64,000 nucleotides of DNA, taken from assembly GCA_963828525.1 (NCBI GenBank), contig CAWHEP010000008.1, forward strand, positions 64,001 to 128,000. The letters run 5' to 3'. The notes beneath the pieces were generated by a model that worked only from the letters and a program-made list of their open reading frames with translations, was not told the origin of the DNA and did no database searches. Below, in pieces: positions 40,837-50,587 of this stretch; position 1 is the stretch's first letter; each line of letters starts with the position of its first letter. The translations under genes and the position numbers were made by a program. The stretch comes from an uncultured Verrucomicrobiae bacterium. GTDB taxonomy: Bacteria; Verrucomicrobiota; Verrucomicrobiia; Chthoniobacterales; Chthoniobacteraceae.

Positions 40837-42372
40837 TCAGAAGGTCAGGTCGAAATTGATGGAAAAGGTATTGTCTGTGAAATCGAAAAAGTTTGACGGC
40901 AGGCGCGTGGAGGCTGTCTTGCCAACGTTGTCCTGGAAACCGTAAGAAGCACGAAGGGTGCCGTAGTGTGTAAGCGGCATTGAAGCAGAGATGCCCACGT
41001 TGAAGTCATCAAAATGCTGGTTCAAATCCGCGCCTGTTTGAGAGCTGAAATAGTCAGAGCGGTCATAGCCACCGAAAGCCGTCAGCGTCACCCGGTATAA
41101 AACGCGCTGTTGAACCTGGAGCGTGACGCCCGTGGAGGTGAAATCCGCGCTGAGGCGACCGTCTACGCCATGGTTGAGATCGTTCGCGATGCGCGTAGCC
41201 GAAGAGCTGTTATCCCTATACACGCGAAGCTGCAGCGCAGTATCGGGAAAGGGATAATCACTGATATCACCGGAGTACACGACGTTCACGGAACTCCCTC
41301 CCGGGAGTTCACGAAATTCTGGACCAATACTGAAATCCGCCTGAAGTTTTCTCAAGTTGAAGAAGTGGGCGGTCACAAAGAATTGTTGGTAGGGCTGCGA
41401 ACTGCTATTCTGCACGAAGGTCCAACCCGTGGTGAAGCCGACGCCCAGTTTGAGTTTCTCAGTGATCGCGTGCTCCGCGACATTCCGAAAGGAAAGATCG
41501 TAGGAATCCGATGAATCCTGATAGGACGAGATCGAGAGGATTGCATCATGATGGGTTGTAATCTTCTCGGTCCAGGCGTAGGACGCGTTCAGATCCGAAG
41601 TGTAGAAGCCGTATTGCCCTCTCCGCGAAGTACCTACGATGCCATCATAGAAGGCGTTCGTCTGTTCATTGAAGCCCAGAGTGAGTTTATTGAGAGTCAG
41701 GTGAGCATCCAGGCTAAGCGTATGATTTACCTCCGGGGCGATGCCGTGGTCCCCATAGAAACTCGCGCCGACATTGTATGTGATCGCAATGCTGTTCTGC
41801 GAACCTTGCTCGTATGCATCCTCTCCGCCGCGCCGGAAAGTGATATTGGCCCCTACGTAGTACGAGGCCGCGCTTGTCTCGGCGGTCGTGCGTCCGTTCC
41901 CGAGAAACACGTTGGATTCATAATTAAACCCCGTTGACACACCGCCGTGCAAGCCATAGCCGACCAGCATCTGCCTGGCGTCAAAATTGCCCACCTGAAC
42001 GAACTGCCGGGGGCCAACGTATTGAGACGCGGCGGGGGGAATCGGAGGCTCAGACGGAACAATGTGGACGACGCTTGGAGAACCATCGGAGTTCGGCGGA
42101 AAATCCGGGTTTGTCGCGTCTGTGGGCTGAACTGTAGTTCTAAAAAGATCGGACGTGGCGGCTGGCGCAGTATTTGGGGCGACCATCGGGGAGAAACCGC
42201 CTTGCGCGGGTATCATTGGCCCGCCCGCCTCTGCGGATGGAGCAGGCGGCAGAGGGGCGGGACCCCGAAACACCGGGTTCTGTCCAGGGAGACGCGTGGC
42301 CATCAGAATAAACGCCGCGGCACAGACAGCGACGCGGCGGCCGGAGAGAATTGTTGAGCTTTGATGCCGCAA
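40837..42372 (-). CDS. EPS-associated outer-membrane beta-barrel protein
   Basis: Signal-like N-terminus (TTG start next to the upstream stop), Pro-rich linker, alternating aromatic beta strands, terminal Phe (FSINFDLTF). Lies directly upstream of a short Wza. Confidence 0.72.
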   Translation of the reverse strand: MRHQSSTILSGRRVAVCAAAFILMATRLPGQNPVFRGPAPLPPAPSAEAGGPMIPAQGGFSPMVAPNTAPAATSDLFRTTVQPTDATNPDFPPNSDGSPSVVHIVPSEPPIPPAASQYVGPRQFVQVGNFDARQMLVGYGLHGGVSTGFNYESNVFLGNGRTTAETSAASYYVGANITFRRGGEDAYEQGSQNSIAITYNVGASFYGDHGIAPEVNHTLSLDAHLTLNKLTLGFNEQTNAFYDGIVGTSRRGQYGFYTSDLNASYAWTEKITTHHDAILSISSYQDSSDSYDLSFRNVAEHAITEKLKLGVGFTTGWTFVQNSSSQPYQQFFVTAHFFNLRKLQADFSIGPEFRELPGGSSVNVVYSGDISDYPFPDTALQLRVYRDNSSSATRIANDLNHGVDGRLSADFTSTGVTLQVQQRVLYRVTLTAFGGYDRSDYFSSQTGADLNQHFDDFNVGISASMPLTHYGTLRASYGFQDNVGKTASTRLPSNFFDFTDNTFSINFDLTF

Positions 42373-42373
42373 G

Positions 42374-43219
42374 CTACTGGAGGGTGGAGGGCGAGATGGG
42401 AGGCAACTCTCCAGCATTCGCAGGGTTGAAAGGACGTCCAAGGACCGAGTCTATCACTGAGTCTTGCTCTGGCGGGAGCAACTCCTTTTTTCCATCGTCG
42501 AATCCGGGGCATCCTCTGGAATCAATAAGGCCATACTTGAAAGTGCTGTTCAGGATTATTATCGCAAAGTCTCGATCTCCGGAGGCCGCAGGATCACTCT
42601 CAGCGATGGGAAGCACCTTCGCTTCCTTCCCCATGCTGTCCGTGAAAAAACTTCCTGCCCTCACGTCGATTGGCTTGCCGGAAGAGGATGTCCACGTGGA
42701 TTCTCCCACTACCTGGGTATCACGCGATTCCTCCGGGTCGCTTTCCAATGAGGCAAGCCCACATGAATCTGCCTCCCAGACACCTCCCTCCGAGCCTTTC
42801 CCGTCCTTGAAACCTTCATCGCGTCCCCCGGTCTGAATGACGAAGCTGGTGCGTCCCGAGAAATACCTCTCCAGAACTGGAGCTATTCTACCGAATTCGA
42901 GATTGATCAGGACTGACCGTTTCGGCGGAGTGTAGCTGTCGAACTGCACCGTTTGAACAGAGAGGCGGGTGTTTCTATCCATCCCTACAGCGAAACCAGG
43001 GAGTAACGAAATGAGCGCCTGGCCTGTCCCGTCCGTCCGGAAAGTAGTTCCCGCGGGAAATTTCTCTTCGTTGCTGACCCTGCTGAACGTGTTTGTGCCA
43101 GCACCCTCCGCCTCCACACCGCCGCTGAGGACACGAACAGTGACGAGAACCGCAGGGGACGCCAGCAGCGGCGAACCCGCCAAAAATCCGGCGATCATAA
43201 GGAGACGGAGGTTCTTCAT
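42374..43219 (-). CDS. Secreted FecR-like domain protein
   Basis: Signal peptide; GTTFRTDGTGQALISL...MDRNTRLSV...INLEFGRI...FVIQT resembles the FecR domain. Confidence 0.55.
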   Translation of the reverse strand: MKNLRLLMIAGFLAGSPLLASPAVLVTVRVLSGGVEAEGAGTNTFSRVSNEEKFPAGTTFRTDGTGQALISLLPGFAVGMDRNTRLSVQTVQFDSYTPPKRSVLINLEFGRIAPVLERYFSGRTSFVIQTGGRDEGFKDGKGSEGGVWEADSCGLASLESDPEESRDTQVVGESTWTSSSGKPIDVRAGSFFTDSMGKEAKVLPIAESDPAASGDRDFAIIILNSTFKYGLIDSRGCPGFDDGKKELLPPEQDSVIDSVLGRPFNPANAGELPPISPSTLQ

Positions 43220-43238
43220 TATGTTCGCCTCATTTTGG

Positions 43239-43277
43239 CATGCTGCCGCCCGTGGTCATCACTCCCGACAATGACCA
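43239..43277 (-). promoter_or_regulatory. Hairpin plus ops-like element (JUMPStart-like RfaH recruitment site)
   Basis: The minus strand reads TGGTCAT-N11-ATGACCA-CG-GGCGGCAGCATG. This is one mismatch from the ops consensus GGCGGTAGnnTG, about 20 nt before the first ATG of the 35 kb run. Confidence 0.55.
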
Positions 43278-43358
43278 AATCTCAGACAAAACCAGATATT
43301 CCGAACGGTGAAGTGAGCGTATCCGTAGTTAGCGCTTTAGGGGATCGCAGCTTGGCAT

Positions 43359-43387
43359 AGCATAATCTGGGCTCAGTCGAATGTCTA
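43359..43387 (-). promoter_or_regulatory. Putative sigma70-type promoter of the long minus-strand operon
   Basis: Minus strand TAGACA-N17-TATGCT with AT-rich upstream sequence. Confidence 0.45.
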
Positions 43388-43439
43388 GAATCGACGCTCA
43401 GGAAAAGCTGATTTTAACTGCATGGTTGAATTTTTTATT

Positions 43440-44060
43440 CTAGGCAGTGTTGTCGAACGTTTGCGCCAACAGGCGCTCTAGAGCCGGACATAGTTGCTCC
43501 GGGGGCAAAGGAGAGCCGGTTTCCTGCTCTATGCTGGTCATTTCCGCTCCTGCGATGCCACACGGCACTATCTGCTGGAATGGGGAAAGGTCTCCGCAGA
43601 CGTTCAGCGCGAAACCATGCATGGTAACCCAGCGGCGCACACCGACGCCAATGGACGCGATCTTACGCGGGCCAACCCAGACGCCGGTTAAACCTTCCAC
43701 CCGGCTCGCCTTGACGCCGTACTGCCGCAGCACTTCGATTAGAATACCTTCCAGAGCCCGCACGTACCAATGAAGATCCGGGCGAAGCTTCTTTAGGTTC
43801 AAAATCGGGTAGCCGATGAGCTGTCCTGGTCCATGATAGGTAGCCTGCCCGCCCCTCTGAATCGTAACTAACGGATGTGTGAGATGTGAAACTCCGCGCA
43901 GGCTGGAGCGATCCAGCCCGCGACCAATGGTGAATACGGGCGGGTGTTCAAGTAGAAGGACGATATCCTCCTCCGACCCTGAAAGGCGCGCTTCGACGAG
44001 CCGCTGTTGCAGTGCAAGCGCATCCTCAAAGTCGACCCGCCCCAGCCATTCCACCCTCAT
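43440..44060 (-). CDS. lipB: Lipoyl(octanoyl) transferase
   Basis: LLEHPPVFTIGR; RGGQATYHGPGQL; KIASIGV; HGFALNV; IVPCG. Confidence 0.96.
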   Translation of the reverse strand: MRVEWLGRVDFEDALALQQRLVEARLSGSEEDIVLLLEHPPVFTIGRGLDRSSLRGVSHLTHPLVTIQRGGQATYHGPGQLIGYPILNLKKLRPDLHWYVRALEGILIEVLRQYGVKASRVEGLTGVWVGPRKIASIGVGVRRWVTMHGFALNVCGDLSPFQQIVPCGIAGAEMTSIEQETGSPLPPEQLCPALERLLAQTFDNTA

Positions 44061-44065
44061 ATCTT

Positions 44066-44581
44066 TTAAATGCGGCGCGTCTCCTCCCCGCCAGCGCTTG
44101 AACCGTGGTGGGCCTGAAAATGCGTAAGGCCCACCGCAAGCGCGTCCGCGGCATCCGGCGCCGGGTTCTCGGAAAGTCCCAGAAGCGCTCGCACCATGAA
44201 AGATACCTGGGTTTTCACCGCGCCGCCCCTTCCCACGACGGCCTGCTTGACCCGGCGGGGCGCATACTCGTAGATGGGCAGGCCCCGGGAAGCGAACGCA
44301 AGCATCGCGGCTCCCCGGGCGCCGCCGAGAACGATCGCGGTCTGAAAACTCTGCACGTAAATGATGGCCTCAATGGCCGCGCAGTCGGGCTGATGCCGGA
44401 TAATCAGCTCAAGGATTTTTTCATGAATCGCCACGAGACATGAGGAAGGGAGCAGTTTGCTTGAATTCTTGATGACGCCATACTCCATGGAATGGATTTT
44501 CCTGGCCCGTTCCTCCAAAACGGCGTAGCCGGTGCAGCGTAGAGAAGGATCAAGAGATAGAACTCGCATCGGGCTCGGCAC
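44066..44581 (-). CDS. ruvC: Holliday junction resolvase
   Basis: LSLDPSLRCTGY; AIE; EYAPRRVKQAVVGRG; DAADALA. Confidence 0.95.
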   Translation of the reverse strand: MPSPMRVLSLDPSLRCTGYAVLEERARKIHSMEYGVIKNSSKLLPSSCLVAIHEKILELIIRHQPDCAAIEAIIYVQSFQTAIVLGGARGAAMLAFASRGLPIYEYAPRRVKQAVVGRGGAVKTQVSFMVRALLGLSENPAPDAADALAVGLTHFQAHHGSSAGGEETRRI

Positions 44582-44602
44582 AGCCGCCTTGTGTTAGATA
44601 TA

Positions 44603-46997
44603 TCACGAGGCTACGAACCTTTCCAAGGCGTTCCAGGCGTTCTCCCAGTCCTTCTTTTTCGCCCAGAGTTCCCCTTCTACAAAACGCAGGTAGCTCGGAG
44701 GTTTCGATGCTTGAATGGCATGAAGGGTAAAGAGCGCTCCATCAATGTCCCCCTCCCGCTCCTGCTCGCGGCACAGGGAAAGTCCGCTTACGAGATCACC
44801 TTTGTTAACAAAAAATGCCCTCTCAAGATCCTGGCGGCTTTGTCCCGTTACGCCCTGTGGCACTGCGGATGGCGGCGCATCGCGCAGCACTGTCTCGCAG
44901 GCTTCCTGGAACCGACCCCAGCTCGCATAGCATCTGGCAAGATCCTGCCATCCAATCCGTTCAAATGCTGGATGGGATAGAAGCGACTCGGAAAGCCACA
45001 CACGATCCCCTTTGTCGAACCAAAGAGAGAAAAACTTCTGTTTTTGCGCGTCTGAGAGCGTCTTTAGCTCGGGATCTTTGGAGAGCAGCCGCAAGCTTTC
45101 AATGTCGAACTCTACAGAGTCGGCAGTCTCAAAGAGGTACATCAGACAATCTGGAGCAAGCCTCGCAAGCATCCGCACCCGGGCCCGCATGGCGCCTCGA
45201 AGGGGAACACGAGCAAGCATCTGCCGGTAAAACTCAAGCGCCGGACTCTGGGGATCCGGCTTAGCTGTGCAACGGCGCAGAGACTCAGCCCAGGCGTCGC
45301 GAGTCCTCTCCTCGTTCCCAGCTGCAAGCCAGAACACCCCCTCATTGAAGCAGGAACTGGCTGAGTGGGGGTCCAGATAGCGGGCGGTGTTGAAGTCGCG
45401 TCTAGCGGCCTCCTCCGATATGAAGACTTGTGATTCGGCTGCCGCCCGCTGGAAATACAGGTGAGGCTCCAAAGGCGCGATTGCCAAGGATACGTCGGCG
45501 CTTCTGATTGCCGCCGCATAATCTTCCCCGATCACCAAATCAGCCGTTCTATCTGCCAGGCGGTCTACTGTGGCGGTCGTGGGAAGAACGCGGGCTCCCC
45601 GCGCGGAGGCCAGCCACCAACACCCGACAAGGATTAGCACGAGCCCTCCCAGCCGCTGTCCCCAAGCCAGCCCTGCGGGAGTTGAACCTCCGTCAGGATT
45701 TCTCCTTAAAGCGATGCTCCCAAGAAAAAGCGCTGGCCAAAGGCTGCCGAGCCTGTGACCCGATACGTCCACGAAGCCGTGGATCAAAAAGCCCGCTACG
45801 CAAACGAGCGCCGCAGAACGGAGATAGGGAGAAGAGCCGGGGTCGAAAGGGAAGCAGCGCCTGATCTGTAGCGCAATAGCGGCGGCCAGGAACAAAACCG
45901 CTATCCACCCCATCTCCGCGCCCATCCACAACCAATCGCTTTCGGGATGGAGGATTGTGTTCTGAAGAACCGACTTGTCTCTATAGATGGGGAACAAGGG
46001 TTTGAAGTTGCCCAACCCGACTCCGAGAAATGGAGCATGCATTGACATTGCGAAAGCGTCACTTTGGATCAGAACCCGGTAGTCCTCGCCGCGAAGGAGG
46101 TTTTTGAATTTCCCATTCTGGAAGCGCTCCAGAGTAGCGCCCCCGCCCAGGAAGAAGAGCGCTAGAGCACATGTGACCAACGCCATGCTGATCGCTGCTC
46201 CCTTTACGGATCGGGAGAGGTAAAACGAGCAGACCTGCCAGACAACAATTCCTCCGAATAGCAGGAAGACTCCAGCCCGAGAATAGAGGTTAACGACCTC
46301 CGCCCCAGTGACAAGCAATGCGGGTGCCAGAAAGAACACGGCGCGACCGCGGCGTCGCAACGAGTCAACGGCTGCCGCGTACAGTCATGACGGCAGCCAG
46401 CGCAAGAACATCGGCGGCCTGATTACGATTCGGGAAAAAACTGCTGTGGGGCCACAGCATTCCTGCAGGAAGGGGGGGGCCAGACCACCATGGGACACCC
46501 TTCCCAAGCAGGCTCGCGCCCAAGGCGAAGGCCGCCAGCAGCGCCATCCCACCGCAGAATAGATGCACAGCCACGCGACTTTCTGCCTCTCTCCAGGATT
46601 GGGATTGAAGAAACCAAGCCCAAATGACACCAGCCGCTAACTGGGAGAATGCCTGCAGCGTCAACCATGGCTGAGTTGCCCTCGAAAAAGGGAGTTTTTG
46701 TCCAAACCGCCCCTCCAGGATGGAACGCCACTCCAGCGACGGAAACCAATGCGCCGGCAGGAATGGTAGTACCCCGGCGCATAGTACTCCGGTTACCAAC
46801 ACAAAAACTCCCCATCCGGGCGCCGTATGGCCACGAAACACGCACAGAATGAGTCCGCTTCCAATCAAGAGGGCACCTCCGGACCACAACAGCGTTGAGC
46901 CGCCCATGGCGGGAGCGGCGATTACTGCCGCTACAATTGCTGCCGAGGCCAGTGAGGAGTGAGTCTTGAGTGGGGGCCGAACAGAGAGCATACGCAC
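44603..46997 (-). CDS. O-antigen-ligase-family protein fused to a C-terminal TPR region (frameshift near 46375)
   Basis: N-terminal part ends FFPNRNQAADVL. C-terminal part has SRAG, GVGLGNF, HPESDWL...EMG and HGFVDV, then TPR-like helices. Confidence 0.8.
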
Positions 46998-47187
46998 GGA
47001 AAAACTAATTATTGACGAAGGTTAAGAATTCAGACACAGATTTCTACGAGCGAAGACCGCGCATCGGGATACAACCGACCATAACCGGCACAGGGTCCTG
47101 CTGAAAAGAAACATCAAGATTATTATTGACGTTTGCGCTTTAATCGCTAAAACTGCTGAAAGTCTCAGATTTCCACGCCCAACTCCC

Positions 47188-48105
47188 ATGAAAAATACAT
47201 TCAAATTCCTCCTCCTGACTGCAGCGCTGTCTCTGACAGTGTCAGCGGCGAAAGCCGATCCAGTGAACGGTCTCCTTGCAAGCTACGGTTTCACACAAGA
47301 TTGGACCGCTCTCTCTGTGGGACAGGACACTTCAACGGACTCGGACTACTTGGTACAAGGTTCCTCCATCACCGGATTCTTTGGAGTCGCAGGGGCAGGA
47401 CAGCATGCAAGTGTTCTTGATACCTCGAGCGTGGACTACGCTTATTTGAATTCGAGCGCAACTCCTCCGTCGACGATTACGGTTGCGTCCACGGCTCACG
47501 CGTCCAGCGTCACGAATCGCAATTTGAACCCTGACATCTCGGCGGCGACAAACGCGAGCAATGCTTTCGCGGCGATGTCTGCGACGCCTTCCACCTACGC
47601 GAGTTCGAATACTACCTTTTGGAATCCTACAGCCAACACGCAGGCTCGTAACTTCACATTGTCTGGAACTTCGCAGAGCCTGACCCTGACTGCGGCTACC
47701 TCAGGGACGACGGTGCTGAATATCAAGAACTTCACACTTTCCGGAGGCGCTGTTTTGACCCTGGCTGGAGTCACCGGCTCAAAGTTCGTCTTCAACATCG
47801 GCCTGAACAGTAGCTCAGCCAACTACCTCTTCGCGATTCAGGACTACTCGAAGGTCGTCATCCAACCCGGCGGCGCTTTGACCGCGTCCAACGTTATCTT
47901 CAATGTCCTCGGGACGAGCCAGCAGAATGAGACCGGCCCAAACAATGGTATCGCTGGTTTCGCGTTGAATAACCACTCCAGCCTTCAAGGAACCATTCTC
48001 GCTGTGAACCGGACGATCGCTGTTCGAAATAGTTCGACTGTCCTCGGGGCAGCCATCGCCGCTCGGATCGAAGTTTCCGGTGGAGCGTCCATCGTAAGCC
48101 AGTAA
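47188..48105 (+). CDS. Secreted Ser/Thr-rich protein with an ice-binding-like (DUF3494 / choice-of-anchor A) beta-solenoid domain
   Basis: Signal peptide ending AKA; LTL...FVFNI...ASNVIFNV...LQGTILA...GAAIA motifs. Confidence 0.65.
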   Translation: MKNTFKFLLLTAALSLTVSAAKADPVNGLLASYGFTQDWTALSVGQDTSTDSDYLVQGSSITGFFGVAGAGQHASVLDTSSVDYAYLNSSATPPSTITVASTAHASSVTNRNLNPDISAATNASNAFAAMSATPSTYASSNTTFWNPTANTQARNFTLSGTSQSLTLTAATSGTTVLNIKNFTLSGGAVLTLAGVTGSKFVFNIGLNSSSANYLFAIQDYSKVVIQPGGALTASNVIFNVLGTSQQNETGPNNGIAGFALNNHSSLQGTILAVNRTIAVRNSSTVLGAAIAARIEVSGGASIVSQ

Positions 48106-48164
48106 TTCTCGCAGTGATGGAGGCGTGTTCGCCTCGCCTTCGTAACGTCACTTTTTGCTCTTAC

Positions 48165-48197
48165 AAGTCCCGCCTCTCGGCGGGACTTGTTCGTTTT
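48165..48197 (+). terminator. Rho-independent terminator
   Basis: AAGTCCCGCC-TCTC-GGCGGGACTT perfect 10-bp stem, followed by GTTCGTTTT. Confidence 0.75.
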
Positions 48198-48261
48198 CAA
48201 GGGAAGTGCTCGTTGCAACTCGCCCGTCGACGCGCAATACTTATCCGCTGTTAAAGTTGTA

Positions 48262-49674
48262 ATGATTGCCCAGCGCACCCATGGCCTTCGGAACGCGTTG
48301 CTTCTCTGCGAGTGTGCGCTCGCCAGCCTTCTTTTCTGGCTGTTCGTCGCGGGGTTCATCCTGTTTGGAGGCGGCACAGAAGCGATTTTTCTTAGCCGCT
48401 ACCCCATCTACTGGGCGCTCGTTGTATTCGGGATTGTTCTGGAATCCGCTGAGCGTGACAAGGGCAAGAACAAGACTGTTCTGATCCAGCGAGACCTCCT
48501 CACTCAGCACCGGATCACAGTCCGGCAGACTGTATTCTCGATCATTCTTATCTCGGTCTACCTGGCCATCATGAGAGACAGGTTTATATCGAGGGTGTTT
48601 CTCTTTAGCTTCGCGCCGACGTTATACCTGGTCCTTCTATGGGCGAATTATAGCCTCCCCGCCAAGCTGGCGCAGAAGCTCTTTCGAGGGGAGTATGTCG
48701 AGCGAACACTGTTAATCGGTTCGAAAGCGCGCGCGGAGAAACTGCTACAGTGGCTGAAGCGAAAAGCGGCTTTTGGAATCGATGTGGTCGGCATCCTTTG
48801 TGACGAAGCCCCGGTCGGAGATGTCCATGGACTTCCCTCGCTAGGCAACTCCGACGAGGTGGAAGCTGTGGTTAATGAGCATCGGGTCACACAGATTATC
48901 CTTTTGGAACTTCCGGTGGCCCGTCACGTCCACCAACATCTGGTTTCTGTGGCGGAAAGATTGGGCGCTCGGCTTCTGATCCTGAGCGACCTCGAGGAGA
49001 AATTAAACCATCCCGTGGTGAACATTGAGGACGACGGGTTGCAATTTATCACTCTGCGGCCCGAACCGTTACAAAATCCGGTGAACCGGCTCCTGAAACG
49101 CTCTCTGGACATCGCCGTTGCGCTGCCTGTTCTGGCGTTTATTTTTCCTGTCACTTCGTTGATTGTGTTTCTCTGTCAGCGACGTCAATCGCCTGGCCCC
49201 TTGTTTTTCCGGCAGACCCGAGCTGGCATTCAAAACCATGAATTTCTCATTCTAAAGTATCGGACCATGCACGTGGCGAATGACGACGCGGCGCGGCAAG
49301 CCTCCACAAATGATCCTCGGGTTTTTCCTTCAGCCCGGTGGCTTAGAAAATATAGCATCGATGAGATTCCCCAGTTTTGGAACGTCCTCCGCGGAGACAT
49401 GAGCGTTGTAGGGCCGCGGCCTCATCTGGTTGAACACAACCGGCAGTTCTCCCGCCTAATGGCGAACTATCACATTCGCACATTTGTTAAACCCGGCATC
49501 ACCGGACTGGCTCAAGTCTGGGGATACCGTGGAGAAGCAAGAGATTCCCAGGATATCTTGAAGAGACTCGAGTCAGACATCACCTACCTGGAAAATTGGA
49601 CTCTCTCCCTGGACTTCGTGATCATCTTCAGCAGCGCGTGGCACATGGTGGCCCCACCTGGCACCGCGTATTAG
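48262..49674 (+). CDS. wcaJ: Undecaprenyl-phosphate sugar phosphotransferase (WcaJ/GumD-like priming GT)
   Basis: Four N-terminal TM segments, Rossmann-like domain, KRSLDI, KYRTM, SIDEIPQFWNVLRGDMSVVGPRP, KPGITGLAQV. Confidence 0.9.
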   Translation: MIAQRTHGLRNALLLCECALASLLFWLFVAGFILFGGGTEAIFLSRYPIYWALVVFGIVLESAERDKGKNKTVLIQRDLLTQHRITVRQTVFSIILISVYLAIMRDRFISRVFLFSFAPTLYLVLLWANYSLPAKLAQKLFRGEYVERTLLIGSKARAEKLLQWLKRKAAFGIDVVGILCDEAPVGDVHGLPSLGNSDEVEAVVNEHRVTQIILLELPVARHVHQHLVSVAERLGARLLILSDLEEKLNHPVVNIEDDGLQFITLRPEPLQNPVNRLLKRSLDIAVALPVLAFIFPVTSLIVFLCQRRQSPGPLFFRQTRAGIQNHEFLILKYRTMHVANDDAARQASTNDPRVFPSARWLRKYSIDEIPQFWNVLRGDMSVVGPRPHLVEHNRQFSRLMANYHIRTFVKPGITGLAQVWGYRGEARDSQDILKRLESDITYLENWTLSLDFVIIFSSAWHMVAPPGTAY

Positions 49675-50462
49675 CGCGGTACGCGGTAGCTGCGCCGCTG
49701 GCGTTGGTAGCGAAGCGGGAACCACGAACACCCGACTGCGCAGAAGAACCTTCCTACGTTCGCGAAGGGACAAAAATGCGGTTCTCCGATGGCCCCACTG
49801 AACGCCCCTGATGGGTGAACGGGCTTTTCCTCGTGCCGGAGGGATGCAAGGAATGCGCGTAACTCAGCAAGATTTTCGTCTTTTACTTCGATCAACAAGA
49901 CGGGCCTGGCATTGCTGCAAAGTTTCAGTAGCGCCCTGGAGGACATTTAATTCATGCCCCTCGGCGTCGATCTTCATGAACGCGATATCCGTAATCTGAA
50001 AAGAGTCGAGTTTCTCGACGCGCACCCGGATAGACCGATGGGTTTGGGCTTCCGGAAAATTTCCTGACGTCAAACTCCCCCAGCCATCCATTTGGACGCC
50101 ATCGACCACAGGGAGGAAAAAATTCTGCTCCCCAGCAGCGGATGAAAGTCCGACCGCTCGGATACACACGTTGCCAGCATTGAAGGAGGTGAGATTGCGC
50201 AACAGTCCAGGATTTATTTCGAAGGCATGGACTCTGTCGAAAAGAGACTCCAGCCGATAGGAGAAGAGCCCTTGATTGGCGCCCACATCCACGGCAACCC
50301 TGTGGTGGGGACACATCTGAAGGATTTCTTCGATGTAGCGCAGCTCAGGCTCGCATCGCCCAGCGATGACGTGAAGGAAGAGATGGGCAAACGTTTCTCT
50401 TTAGGCGCAACATTGAGCAAAGACTTCTGCAGCGCGCGGATGATTAGGCGGGGGACTTTCAT
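49671..50462 (-). CDS. FkbM family methyltransferase (frameshifts near 50380 and 49910; 3' end uncertain)
   Basis: VDVGANQG; FMKIDAEGHELNVLQGA. N-terminus lies in ORF 50214-50462; the RPVLLIEV continuation lies in ORF 49671-49946. Confidence 0.7.
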
Positions 50463-50587
50463 CTACGAACGGAAAGGAACTTGCGAACGCGCTATATCAA
50501 CGATCAACTGAACCATTTATGTTACGGGCCACCGCATTGTCAACGCCTCTCGGACTGGCAGCCCATGGCGCCTGGACGCCCCAAAAG

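Noticed and set aside
44066..44581. RuvC as a Cas/TnpB or transposon nuclease
   Set aside because: It is a stand-alone ~170 aa canonical resolvase next to lipB, with no repeats, array or transposase nearby.
49676..49725. GCGGTAGC and TTGGTAGC, resembling JUMPStart halves, just after wcaJ
   Set aside because: The order is reversed relative to JUMPStart, the site is at a convergent gene end, and there is no downstream + strand gene to antiterminate.
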